Shown piece by piece: positions 30,516 through 39,495 of a DNA stretch of 64,000 bases. Positions within the stretch are counted from its first letter, which is position 1, and the number at the start of each line of letters is the position of its first letter. The notes beneath the pieces were generated by a model that saw only the letters and a list, made by a program, of their open reading frames with translations, was not told the DNA's origin and searched no databases. The position numbers and the translations under genes are program-made. Origin of the DNA: Candidatus Nomurabacteria bacterium (GTDB lineage Bacteria > Patescibacteriota > Minisyncoccia > Phycocordibacterales > UBA9973); NCBI GenBank assembly GCA_943354905.1, contig CALRDL010000001.1:29520-93519 (forward strand), given 5' to 3'.

Positions 30516-31172
30516 CTACTCCATCTGTATCTTCCCCTCTACCTCGCCGGGATTGAAAACTTTATAAAAAACTTCTACGATTTCTTCACTACCCAATTGA
30601 GCTGACTTTATCCCACATCTACTCAAACCTTGGCGAATAACCCCCACTCTTTGTTCTAGCTGTGATCTTTTTTCTTCAAAATCTTCTTGCTTTTCCACTC
30701 TTGCTTCTTCTTTATTTTTTCCACTAAATATACCAGATATTTTTGCAAATATTCCAGAATCTGATTTTAATATGGTGTCCGTGTAAGGTACAACTACAAA
30801 AAAGTTCTTTGTCATTATGCTGACTGTTTCAGTGAAATTCCTGATAAAGTCTATGTATTCTTTGGTTTGTAGTTTGAGTAAAGACTCACTTTGTAGTTTC
30901 ATTCGTTCTTCCAAAGTAAGTAGATATGGTCTAATGTCTAACTTTCTGGACTGGACGGATATTTGGATTGGGAAATCAAGAGTATTCAAGAAATCTTGGA
31001 ATTGGATTATGGTAGCCTTTTGTTCATCACTTGATTTCAAAGATAAATTCACAGAAGTTGCCAATACTATCCCTCGGAGCTCACCATTTTTGAGTATGAT
31101 AATACCATCACGGACTTCCTTGATCGGTACAAACTCTTGAGTTGCTTTTGCGTTTAAGGCCATATAAATCAA
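30516..31172 (-). CDS. VirB4-associated (TraC N-terminal-like) protein
   Basis: QEFVPIKEVRDG, NLSLKS..QF..FLNTLDF; synteny. Confidence 0.7.
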   Translation of the reverse strand: MIYMALNAKATQEFVPIKEVRDGIIILKNGELRGIVLATSVNLSLKSSDEQKATIIQFQDFLNTLDFPIQISVQSRKLDIRPYLLTLEERMKLQSESLLKLQTKEYIDFIRNFTETVSIMTKNFFVVVPYTDTILKSDSGIFAKISGIFSGKNKEEARVEKQEDFEEKRSQLEQRVGVIRQGLSRCGIKSAQLGSEEIVEVFYKVFNPGEVEGKIQME

Positions 31173-31250
31173 TTTAAAATTACGAATTACGAATTACGAA
31201 TTTTTGTTCAAATATTTTATTATTAATTGTTAATTCGTAATTGTTCATTC

Positions 31251-31682
31251 TTAATTATTGTTGTGTTTGTTTAAGTCTAGTATATCCAGACTCCAAGCCA
31301 AATCTCGCAATCTGTTTCCCCCGAATTTTACTTTATTTTCTAACATTTGTTTACTTTTTTCTTCCTCATTCGTAATTCGTAATTGATCATTTTTAATTAA
31401 ATTCTCTCTCCTTTTCCAAATATAAAGTTTATCGCGTAAAAAATAATAGAATCCAGATTCTATCATATTTATGAAGGGCTTGTTATTTGGTCGGTAAAAA
31501 ATAAGTGAGGCAGAAAATCCTCCGATCAAAAGTATTGGTATTGCCCCTAGAGTGAGTCCAAGCAATTTATAGAGAACAAAACACAAGCCCCCTCCTCCAG
31601 CTAGATATATGAATTCTCTAAAGGTGAATGGCCCAAATATTTTGTCTTCTATATCTAAAAATTGTGGAACTTTAAATTGCAT
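31251..31682 (-). CDS. PrgI-family membrane protein
   Basis: VPQFLDIEDKIFGPFT plus 2 TM segments. Confidence 0.85.
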   Translation of the reverse strand: MQFKVPQFLDIEDKIFGPFTFREFIYLAGGGGLCFVLYKLLGLTLGAIPILLIGGFSASLIFYRPNNKPFINMIESGFYYFLRDKLYIWKRRENLIKNDQLRITNEEEKSKQMLENKVKFGGNRLRDLAWSLDILDLNKHNNN

Positions 31683-31688
31683 TGAGTC

Positions 31689-32164
31689 AATTACGAATTA
31701 ACAATTACGAATTTCGAATTATTAACTCATAAATTATAAATTATCAATCGACTATTTTATTATAACATTAATTACTCATTTGCCATTCTTGATTTTACGG
31801 TTTTCTGTATTTTTCCTATTATTTTTAGTATTTCTTCGCAGTCATTAAAAACAGGAGAAAGTTCTTCTTGAGTCATGTATTTCGCTTCTCTTAATAGAGA
31901 AAGCCAATATTTTGTTTCTCGAGCTTCTTTGTAGGCTATGGATAATTTTGAGATGAAGTCTTTTTTCGATTGACCACCTAGTGCTTCTTCTATGTTTGCA
32001 CCGATTGATGTTCCACTTCTTAAAAGCTGTTTAGATAAAATAAATTCTTTTTTTATTCCAATTAAATATTTATATAATTCAATAATTCTTACTGCAAATT
32101 TATAGCTTTTTTGTTGTATTATGTTTTCTTTCAATTCGTAATTCGTAATTATTAATTCGTAATT
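31689..32164. mobile_element. Four-helix-bundle gene enclosed by 32-bp heptamer-built inverted repeats
   Basis: 31689-31720 vs reverse complement of 32133-32164: 30/32 identical. Confidence 0.6.
31772..32134 (-). CDS. Four helix bundle protein (23S rRNA IVS-protein family)
   Basis: KQLLRSGTSIGANIEEA..SKKDFISKLSIAYKEARETKYWL. Confidence 0.92.
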   Translation of the reverse strand: MKENIIQQKSYKFAVRIIELYKYLIGIKKEFILSKQLLRSGTSIGANIEEALGGQSKKDFISKLSIAYKEARETKYWLSLLREAKYMTQEELSPVFNDCEEILKIIGKIQKTVKSRMANE

Positions 32165-32175
32165 TAGAATCTTTC

Positions 32176-33045
32176 CTATTCAGGTATTTCCCTATAGGGG
32201 TCTATGTAAGGCACCGTGTTTGTTTTCGTTGCTGTACTTTCTTTTGTGCTAGAGGAAAGATTCTTCAAGGTGTGTTCTGTTTCTACCGTTTTGTTGTGCA
32301 TTATTCCAGATAATTTTTGGATGAGTATCGGTTGGGCTGGCTGTTCAAGCAACATTGTCTTCTCTCTGATTTTTTTGAAAATTTCTTCGTTGACATCGCC
32401 CACCATACCTTTCAATTTCTCTCTAGATATATCCAAGTGGTCATTTAAATAATCTTCCAATCTCTCAGGGCTGATGGAGCCAATGATCAAATTCGTAACT
32501 GCTTTTTCAAAAACTCCCATTTGAGATACATTTAAATTGTACTTTTTGGATATATTGTAAACTGTAGCTTGATAATTTGAATCCGAAACGACTTTCAATA
32601 TTTCTTTTGGAAGTTTGGAAAATCTTTCGTTTTTCTCTTCATCTATGTTTATATTTGTTTCGTTCACATTTTCTTCTGAAATATCTTCTCCTCCACTTTC
32701 CTCTACTACATCAGCCAAGTTTGCGTTATAACTTTTAACCAAATCACCACGAACATTTTTTATTACTAAGTCATTTATTTCGAAAAGCATTTGGTCTAGT
32801 TTTTCGCTAGAGATAGAAATTTCTTTTTTTAAGACTTCTTGATATTCATCCGGATGAATGATGCCCAAGAGAACCAAAGTTGTATTAGAACCCAAAATTC
32901 CAATTTGTTCCTCATTCAAAGAATATTTCGCACTGATTGTCTTTAAACTTTCCAACCAAATCATACTGGAAAAAACTTCTTGCACGTTTGGTGGAAGTTT
33001 TGAGTAATATAGGGCTATTTTTTGTTGTAATTCTTGTTTATCCAT
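32176..33045 (-). CDS. Hypothetical protein with an internal duplicated helical domain
   Basis: Two SKLP..ISxKYxLN..QxG repeats; DPYREIPE tail. Confidence 0.65.
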   Translation of the reverse strand: MDKQELQQKIALYYSKLPPNVQEVFSSMIWLESLKTISAKYSLNEEQIGILGSNTTLVLLGIIHPDEYQEVLKKEISISSEKLDQMLFEINDLVIKNVRGDLVKSYNANLADVVEESGGEDISEENVNETNINIDEEKNERFSKLPKEILKVVSDSNYQATVYNISKKYNLNVSQMGVFEKAVTNLIIGSISPERLEDYLNDHLDISREKLKGMVGDVNEEIFKKIREKTMLLEQPAQPILIQKLSGIMHNKTVETEHTLKNLSSSTKESTATKTNTVPYIDPYREIPE

Positions 33046-33158
33046 CCCGTTAGAAATAGGACGCGTACGCTTGCACTACGTTCCTGTTAATTTTATTAAT
33101 AATATTTATTCTGATTTTCATAATATTTTTATTATATGCGTTCGCGATTTCTAACGGG
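33046..33158. mobile_element. MITE-like element
   Basis: TIR CCCGTTAGAAAT / ATTTCTAACGGG; ATCCAT duplicated on both flanks. Confidence 0.7.
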
Positions 33159-33211
33159 ATCCATTTATTTTTTAACTTTAAGAACTTGATAACTTTAAAA
33201 ACTTTTCACTA

Positions 33212-35806
33212 CTAATGATGCGCACCTCCGCCTCCGTGAGAAGTATCTTTTTTGACTTCTGTTGCGCTAGATAGATCTACATTAATTTTAACACCCTTTA
33301 AGGACTCAGTAATCAAACTACCAATATCTTTTAAAGCATTTCCTTCACCTTTTCCATAGTTTACATTTAGTTGTTTAAATCCAGCACGCAAACCTATCGC
33401 AAGCCCTGCAGTCATCATTGTAGCAACTTTAGCCAATGTTTTGCTATTTGTTTTAGCTACCAGTTCCGCAATATTTCGTATATCGTAATTTCCACCTGTT
33501 GAAGCTGCAGTTACTCTTTCTCTTATACCTACCTTTTCTTTTGCTTCGTTTGCTATGTGACCAAACCTATTTTTAGCTATTACTTCAGACAATTGTCTTA
33601 ATCTTTCATTCCATTTATCGTTTAATGTTTCTAAAACTATAGATTCTCCTTGTTTAGTCAAGTCAAGAGTTATAGGGTCTACCATACCTGGCATAGCCCT
33701 TACACTTGTTTCAACAGCTGTACGTTTATTTGTTCTAAACTGGCTCTCAGTTTCCATTGGTATTCCTGTTCTTGGGTCAATCAGTACCCTACCTTTTTCA
33801 TCAGAACCTCTCTTTACATCTTTTTCTATTTGAGGACGATTTTCTTTAGCAAAGGTTTCTAGCATTTTACTATCTTGCATACCACTGAGTCTATCATTGC
33901 TTACTCCTTCTGCTCCTACTTTTTTCTTTAGTTCATCCCACTCAGTTGTAGCATGAGCAGTTTCCTCTCTTTTTAATTGAGCGGCATTTATTCTTCCACC
34001 TATTCGGTCTTTTAAATTGGTAGGAGCAGTAATTGTTGATGTATAAGTTTCTAATTTTGGTTTAGCGCCTCGTCCAGCTCTTGGAGTACTCTTCCAGCTA
34101 TTCAAGTCTTTGCTGAAGTTTCCAGATGCGGTACGATATTCTTTACCATATTTTAAGGCCTCAGTACTTCTTGAAAAACCAGCTACAGTAGATCCGATAC
34201 CTTTTCTCATGCCTGCTGCAGCTAAAAGACTAGCACCACCTAGGGCTAATCCTCCAACTACTCCAACTGCTTTCATCGCACCCATAGCCACTTCTGCAAA
34301 TTTTCCTCCTCCCTTTTTTGCGAAATCAGTTGCTTTCATTAGAAGTATTAAAATGAAAAGTGCTGGAATTATGATAAACAAAACTGTTTCCATAGTGGAA
34401 GCTTCGGCAGGATTTCGCATCAATCCACTAAATATATTTGCATTTATCAATCTAAATATAAAATATAAAAAGAACATAAATATCGGGGCCATAAAGGATA
34501 CCTCGATCAATCTTTTTAACCAAGAATCCCATCCTACATACTCTATTCCAGCTAATTTAGGCAAGGATAAAGACATAAACGCAAAAGGAGAAAATATTAT
34601 TAAAAGCCAGAGTTCTATGAGTCTTCCGAGGAAACTTATCCCAGCAATAAAAAATGCGTATGTGGCAAAAAGCATTATCGCTCCAGAGATTACGATCATA
34701 CCAAACAGTAATGCTATCGGTACTTCCTTACTCGGTATAAAATAATATACAAGACCCCCCACCGCACCAATCACCGCACCAGGTACCGCACCAATCCCAG
34801 CAAATGGTGAACCAGCAGCTGCACCAGCAGCTGCACCAGTCCCAGCACTAGCTAACACACCAGCTGTAGTTGCCTCAGCTATCGTATCTGTTCTTTTTTT
34901 TGCATTCTCAAAGAATTCGTTCGACAATAATTTCCCCGGATTAAAAGCATTTACCATACCACCCGATATATCTTTTTCTGTTCCGGTATTTGTGGCTGGT
35001 AAATATGCTTTCTTTACTCCATCTACGGTCGTCTCGGTGTTTATTTTATTATAGAAAATTAGGGCAAGAACATTTGAAGTGTCTATGACAATTTTCGTAA
35101 AGAACATTGAAAAGTTGATGAGTAATGCCATGATTATAACTTGAACCACCATCTTTTTTGCGTGGTCACTTATACCAAGTATAGTTTGAATACCTACATA
35201 TAATAAGATAAGAATAAAAAATATATTGGAAAGATCTCGGACTACGGCCCAAGCTGTGGGTATAAAAGTAGAACCACTAATCATTTTACCACTTAAGGTT
35301 AATGCCACAATAGCATTAAAAAACATCGCCGAATAAGTGAGCAAAAAAGATGGTAAGACATTCAGAAGAAAATAAGATATTTTGACTAAACATCCTGCAA
35401 TATTTGGAATAGGAAATATACAATCTGGTAGGTTGTTTCCTATACCAGTGTCGTCTGGGGGTTTGTCTGCCACTTTCTCACCCCCTCCTTCAATTGCATT
35501 TCCAATAGTACCAGGTGTCAAAAACCTTACAGTGGACGAACCAGGTATGTTTCCTGAGGTACATTCACCTCGCTTTCTTTGATCTTCCATGGGGTCTCCC
35601 CTGCTATTGGTCCAAGCACATCTTCCCATTTGATTAGGATCTGCTGGTGCTGGTGTCTGTGCCTGTGTTTTAGAAAAATACCCAACCCCCCCAGCTAAAA
35701 CCAGAATCAAGAGTAGATATGGAATTATCCTAGTAGTAGAAAATAGCCACATTTTTTTGGATGGTATTTTCACTACGGGGATTGTTTTTCTAAAATTTGA
35801 ATTCAT
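33212..35806 (-). CDS. VirB6/TrbL-like polytopic membrane protein
   Basis: WAVVRDLSN, ALLINFS..IDTSN, LIIFSPFAF..W; within the T4SS-like cluster. Confidence 0.75.
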   Translation of the reverse strand: MNSNFRKTIPVVKIPSKKMWLFSTTRIIPYLLLILVLAGGVGYFSKTQAQTPAPADPNQMGRCAWTNSRGDPMEDQRKRGECTSGNIPGSSTVRFLTPGTIGNAIEGGGEKVADKPPDDTGIGNNLPDCIFPIPNIAGCLVKISYFLLNVLPSFLLTYSAMFFNAIVALTLSGKMISGSTFIPTAWAVVRDLSNIFFILILLYVGIQTILGISDHAKKMVVQVIIMALLINFSMFFTKIVIDTSNVLALIFYNKINTETTVDGVKKAYLPATNTGTEKDISGGMVNAFNPGKLLSNEFFENAKKRTDTIAEATTAGVLASAGTGAAAGAAAGSPFAGIGAVPGAVIGAVGGLVYYFIPSKEVPIALLFGMIVISGAIMLFATYAFFIAGISFLGRLIELWLLIIFSPFAFMSLSLPKLAGIEYVGWDSWLKRLIEVSFMAPIFMFFLYFIFRLINANIFSGLMRNPAEASTMETVLFIIIPALFILILLMKATDFAKKGGGKFAEVAMGAMKAVGVVGGLALGGASLLAAAGMRKGIGSTVAGFSRSTEALKYGKEYRTASGNFSKDLNSWKSTPRAGRGAKPKLETYTSTITAPTNLKDRIGGRINAAQLKREETAHATTEWDELKKKVGAEGVSNDRLSGMQDSKMLETFAKENRPQIEKDVKRGSDEKGRVLIDPRTGIPMETESQFRTNKRTAVETSVRAMPGMVDPITLDLTKQGESIVLETLNDKWNERLRQLSEVIAKNRFGHIANEAKEKVGIRERVTAASTGGNYDIRNIAELVAKTNSKTLAKVATMMTAGLAIGLRAGFKQLNVNYGKGEGNALKDIGSLITESLKGVKINVDLSSATEVKKDTSHGGGGAHH

Positions 35807-35888
35807 TATGTTTTTTTAACTTGACATTTCTTTTCCATTTGTTAGTATGTATATATTCAGACGAAAAGGGATCCGAACGGCTAACTAC

Positions 35889-36425
35889 CTAAGGAGCCCT
35901 TTTCTTTTTTAGCTCGATCTTTTCTTTTATATGATTGTTTTCTAAATAATCAAAATATTCGGATCCTAATTTTTGATATAAAGAAGAAGCAAATTTTCTA
36001 TCAGGAAATAATATTTTTTCAAATTTATTTTCTTCAATCAAAAAATCCACCAACATTTTATAATCTCCATCACCTGAAACCAAAATAATCTTTCCAAAAT
36101 CCTCTTTTTTATACAAACGCTTCATTGCAGAAAAAATAATATCAGAATCAACATTTCCCTTTTTTAGTCCAACCATAGCTTCACTATGTTGTTTGAATAC
36201 TATAATAAAACCAGCTTTTTGTATTTTTTCATATAAATCTTGGTATTTTTTATCTGTATATCCGAGATGGTAGTATGCTCTATCAACATTATACTTTTTT
36301 TCTAAATAAATTCTAAAACGACCCAGTTCAATTTTCCACGGATCAATATCTTTTTTTGCTGTATTCATATACAGATTCTGTCCATCTACAAAGGCAATAT
36401 TTTTATTTTCTTTTTCAATCATCAT
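35889..36425 (-). CDS. NYN-domain (PIN-like) putative RNase
   Basis: FVDGQNL, KGNVDSD, LVSGDGDY. Confidence 0.9.
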   Translation of the reverse strand: MMIEKENKNIAFVDGQNLYMNTAKKDIDPWKIELGRFRIYLEKKYNVDRAYYHLGYTDKKYQDLYEKIQKAGFIIVFKQHSEAMVGLKKGNVDSDIIFSAMKRLYKKEDFGKIILVSGDGDYKMLVDFLIEENKFEKILFPDRKFASSLYQKLGSEYFDYLENNHIKEKIELKKKRAP

Positions 36426-36436
36426 AAGATATTATA

Positions 36437-36574
36437 TCACAACCTCATCCCAAAAATCCCAGCCAAAACCAGAATCAAGAGTAGATATGGGATTATCCTA
36501 GTAGTAGAAAATGACCACATTTTTTTTATTGATGTTTTCACTACGGGACTAGTTTTTCTAAAATTATTTTGCAT
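36437..36574 (-). pseudogene. Copy 2 of the VirB6-like gene 5' end (45-aa ORF)
   Basis: MQNNFRKTSPVVKTSIKKMWSFSTTRIIPYLLLILVLAGIFGMRL*. Confidence 0.85.
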
Positions 36575-36699
36575 TTTATCTTTTTTACCTCATTTTTTGA
36601 ATACTTATTTTATTTTAACATTATATTGACAAAAAATCTTCTTAATATATACTTTATTAGTCATTAGAAAACGCCGGCCTGTACGGCGTTTTCCTTTTT

Positions 36700-37305
36700 C
36701 TAGACATCACTCTTGATTTGCATCTTCCAGTCATTTATATCAATAAAAAATACTTGATTTCTTTTTTCTGCTACTAAATTTCGCAACTTTAAAGAAAGTC
36801 TCGAAGTAAAGTATCTAGGAGCAGTTCTTATTTTCTTGGCACTTGAAATTATATAAACTTTTACACCTTTCTCGACTACATTGCGAGCCAGATATTCAAA
36901 ATCTCCATCGCCAGTAAAAAACAAATACCCCACATTTTTTTCTATTTGATTTATTACATCAACAGCAAATTCTACATCACAATTTGATTTCCACTTTACT
37001 CCCCTACTTACTTTATGAGTTATTCCTGTGTTGCAATTAGGGCATAAAATTTTAATAATCTGATCTTGATTTTTGTAAATAAAATATGGTTTTGCGTGTA
37101 CGGTATATCCTAACTTGGACAATTCTTCGTATTCTGAAGCTTTAACATTATCACCATTTTGAATACCAGAATAAAAAAATATCTTTTCACAGTTCCATTT
37201 TTCTCTTAAATATTTAAACATTTTTTTCCAATCAATCACAAAACCAAGAAGCTGATTAGTAGTGCTTTCTGTGTTCTGTACATCAATAAATGCGTATCGT
37301 TTCAT
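36700..37305 (-). CDS. NYN-domain putative RNase with CxxC insert
   Basis: FIDVQN, KSNCDVE, FTGDGDF, CPNC. Confidence 0.88.
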   Translation of the reverse strand: MKRYAFIDVQNTESTTNQLLGFVIDWKKMFKYLREKWNCEKIFFYSGIQNGDNVKASEYEELSKLGYTVHAKPYFIYKNQDQIIKILCPNCNTGITHKVSRGVKWKSNCDVEFAVDVINQIEKNVGYLFFTGDGDFEYLARNVVEKGVKVYIISSAKKIRTAPRYFTSRLSLKLRNLVAEKRNQVFFIDINDWKMQIKSDV

Positions 37306-37336
37306 AATTTTAATTTTATATCTATACGTTCTCCCT

Positions 37337-37465
37337 TTATATAAATCCCCCAGCTAAAACTAGAAATAAGAGTAGATATGGGATTATTCTAGTAGAAGAA
37401 AATAACCATATTTTTTTTATTGGTGTTTTCACTACGGGGATTGTTTTGCTAAAATTTGAATTCAT
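37337..37465 (-). pseudogene. Copy 3 of the VirB6-like gene 5' end (42-aa ORF)
   Basis: MNSNFSKTIPVVKTPIKKIWLFSSTRIIPYLLLFLVLAGGFI*. Confidence 0.85.
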
Positions 37466-37527
37466 TTATTTTCTTCGTTTTATTATAGCATTAGTTATAT
37501 GAATTTAGCTGTGTATTTTATTTTTGT

Positions 37528-37649
37528 TTGACATTGTTTTTAATTTCTACTATACTATGCGTAGGTGTTTGTAGGGTTCGCCCTCTTACGGCACTAAGCT
37601 GTTAACAAACACTCACAAAGAACCCACCTTTTTGGTGGATTTTTTGTTT
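37528..37649 (+). ncRNA. Promoter plus ~85-nt structured small RNA plus terminator
   Basis: TTGACA-17-TATACT; stem GTGTTTGT/ACAAACAC enclosing AGGG-TTCG-CCCT; CCACC/GGTGG hairpin + T-run. Confidence 0.65.
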
Positions 37650-38126
37650 CTAATCTTCTTCCGGGTTGCCATCATGAAATATTCTAGTCATTGTTTCTCT
37701 ATTCATTCCCCAAAATGGAATAATACTCCAGAAAATTCTTTTACCATCTTCTATTTGTTTTATAATAATTTTAACCCTATTTCTTTTAATTATCGCTATA
37801 AATTCATAGTACGTGACATTTTTTAGGATTTTGTCCAGCCTACTATGAACTTTTATGTGTTCAAATTTTTTCGTTTCCCATATTCCTTGTAAGCTAGATG
37901 ATATTTTTATGACTTCGGGTGCTAAATTTATGAGTTTGAAACGCATATATTGATCTTGTTCCAATCGTGATTTTCCTCGATATTTATATTTTAAATGTTC
38001 AAGCCCTTGAGCATTAAATGCTATTTTTTCCTTAAAATATGGACAATAAACTTCCGTAATGGATTTATAAAAGGATTCTCCATTTATTTTAATTTTTTCA
38101 AATTCTTCATTACTAAATTTTAGCAT
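37650..38126 (-). CDS. Hypothetical protein, possible BECR/RelE-like-fold nuclease
   Basis: KIAFNAQGLEHL..VKIIIKQ..FWSIIP; fold assignment is inference. Confidence 0.55.
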   Translation of the reverse strand: MLKFSNEEFEKIKINGESFYKSITEVYCPYFKEKIAFNAQGLEHLKYKYRGKSRLEQDQYMRFKLINLAPEVIKISSSLQGIWETKKFEHIKVHSRLDKILKNVTYYEFIAIIKRNRVKIIIKQIEDGKRIFWSIIPFWGMNRETMTRIFHDGNPEED

Positions 38127-38213
38127 ATTTTTTTTATTGGTATTTTCATTACGAGACTAGTTTTTCTAAATTCTAAGCTCATTTATTTTCTTCGTTTTAT
38201 TATAGCATTAGTT
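38120..38213 (-). pseudogene. Copy 4 of the VirB6-like gene 5' end (20 aa) with duplicated promoter
   Basis: MSLEFRKTSLVMKIPIKKIC*; 38183-38213 identical to 37466-37496. Confidence 0.8.
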
Positions 38214-38218
38214 TTTAA

Positions 38219-39376
38219 CTAACTTCCAAGAAAGTCTGTGTAATTCTCTACTGTAATAACCTTAAAATTGATCTGGAGATTCTTGTTGGTCTCGATAAAT
38301 ACTTTCGGAGTTTTTTTCTTCTGCATATTATTAAGAGTAAATTCATAAACATCAGCATTTTGATTCCACTTTTCAATATAATCAATCTCTTTACCCTCGA
38401 TATTTCTCCAGAAGAACGTTTGATACAATTTTCCATTGTACGCGTTACTTTTAAGTTTCTCTATGATGGCAAAGTTTTCAAACAAGTTGCCGAGATCTCT
38501 GCGCATTAAACCATTTTTATTAATGTTTGTTTCTGTAAAATCATTGATTATGGCATTACGAATACCGAGGTCGTAGAAATACAGCTTGTTCTTTTTACGT
38601 ATTTCGGTGCGGAGATTGTTGTTATAACTTTTCAGTCTAAATACAACAAATGATTGTTCTAATAGATAAATATATCTTTGTATTGTCTTACTACTCGTTC
38701 CCAATTCTTTACTTATTTTATTTATACTAATTTCATTACCTATTTGATAAGCGAGTGTGCGGAGTAAATTTAGCAATATTTCTGGTTTTTTTAGATTTTC
38801 AAATTTAAGAATATCTTTGAGTAGAAATGATTCAGCTAGATTTTTAACTTTGGCTATTTTCTCTTCGATGGTGCCCTGCAGGATGACTTCTGGATAGCTA
38901 CCAAAACGGAGTATGTAATCGAGATGTGTTGTGGGGTTGAAGTATTCAGAATTCCTGATTTCATAGTCGGTGAGTGGGTACATATTAAGTAAAATATTTC
39001 TACCCATTAACGGCTCTCCGATTTGACCAGCAAGTTCGAAAGAGGATGACCCTGTTACTACAATTTTGAGGTTTGGGTAGGCATCGATAATGATTTTGAG
39101 ATTTATTCCGATATTTTTTATATTCTGTGCTTCATCGATAAACAAGAGGTCGAGGTCCTCGACATGTTCTTTTAGTTTTTCTAGTCTTTGAGATGAAAAT
39201 ATTTCTTGGGTAGTTATACTATCACCAGCATAGACTCTATACTTGTCTTTGAATTGCTCAAGGAAACTATTTATTATAGTTGTTTTACCTACCTGTCGTG
39301 GACCATAGATGATCAAAACCTTACCGTTTTGGACAAAGCTTCCGATGTCTATTTGTCTTTTAACTAAATTCTTCAC
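38219..39376 (-). CDS. AAA_14 / DUF4143 ATPase
   Basis: GPRQVGKTT, FIDEAQ, TGSS, KLYFYDLG, FENF, EIDY. Confidence 0.9.
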   Translation of the reverse strand: MKNLVKRQIDIGSFVQNGKVLIIYGPRQVGKTTIINSFLEQFKDKYRVYAGDSITTQEIFSSQRLEKLKEHVEDLDLLFIDEAQNIKNIGINLKIIIDAYPNLKIVVTGSSSFELAGQIGEPLMGRNILLNMYPLTDYEIRNSEYFNPTTHLDYILRFGSYPEVILQGTIEEKIAKVKNLAESFLLKDILKFENLKKPEILLNLLRTLAYQIGNEISINKISKELGTSSKTIQRYIYLLEQSFVVFRLKSYNNNLRTEIRKKNKLYFYDLGIRNAIINDFTETNINKNGLMRRDLGNLFENFAIIEKLKSNAYNGKLYQTFFWRNIEGKEIDYIEKWNQNADVYEFTLNNMQKKKTPKVFIETNKNLQINFKVITVENYTDFLGS

Positions 39377-39495
39377 AATATAATTATATACTAAGGTAAA
39401 AAATAAGTCAATATAATTTACCTTTAAGTCATAATTTATGGAATAAAAGGTCAGGTTTTGTATTTTTTCACTCCATAAAACACGAAAATTAATTA

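Noticed and set aside
31772-32134. Diversity-generating retroelement (Avd-like gene)
   Set aside because: No reverse transcriptase and no TR/VR pair with adenine-specific mismatches seen in the window.
35689-38213. CRISPR array or classical integron
   Set aside because: The repeats are diverged coding 5' ends separated by whole genes; no cas genes, intI or attC-like structure are visible.
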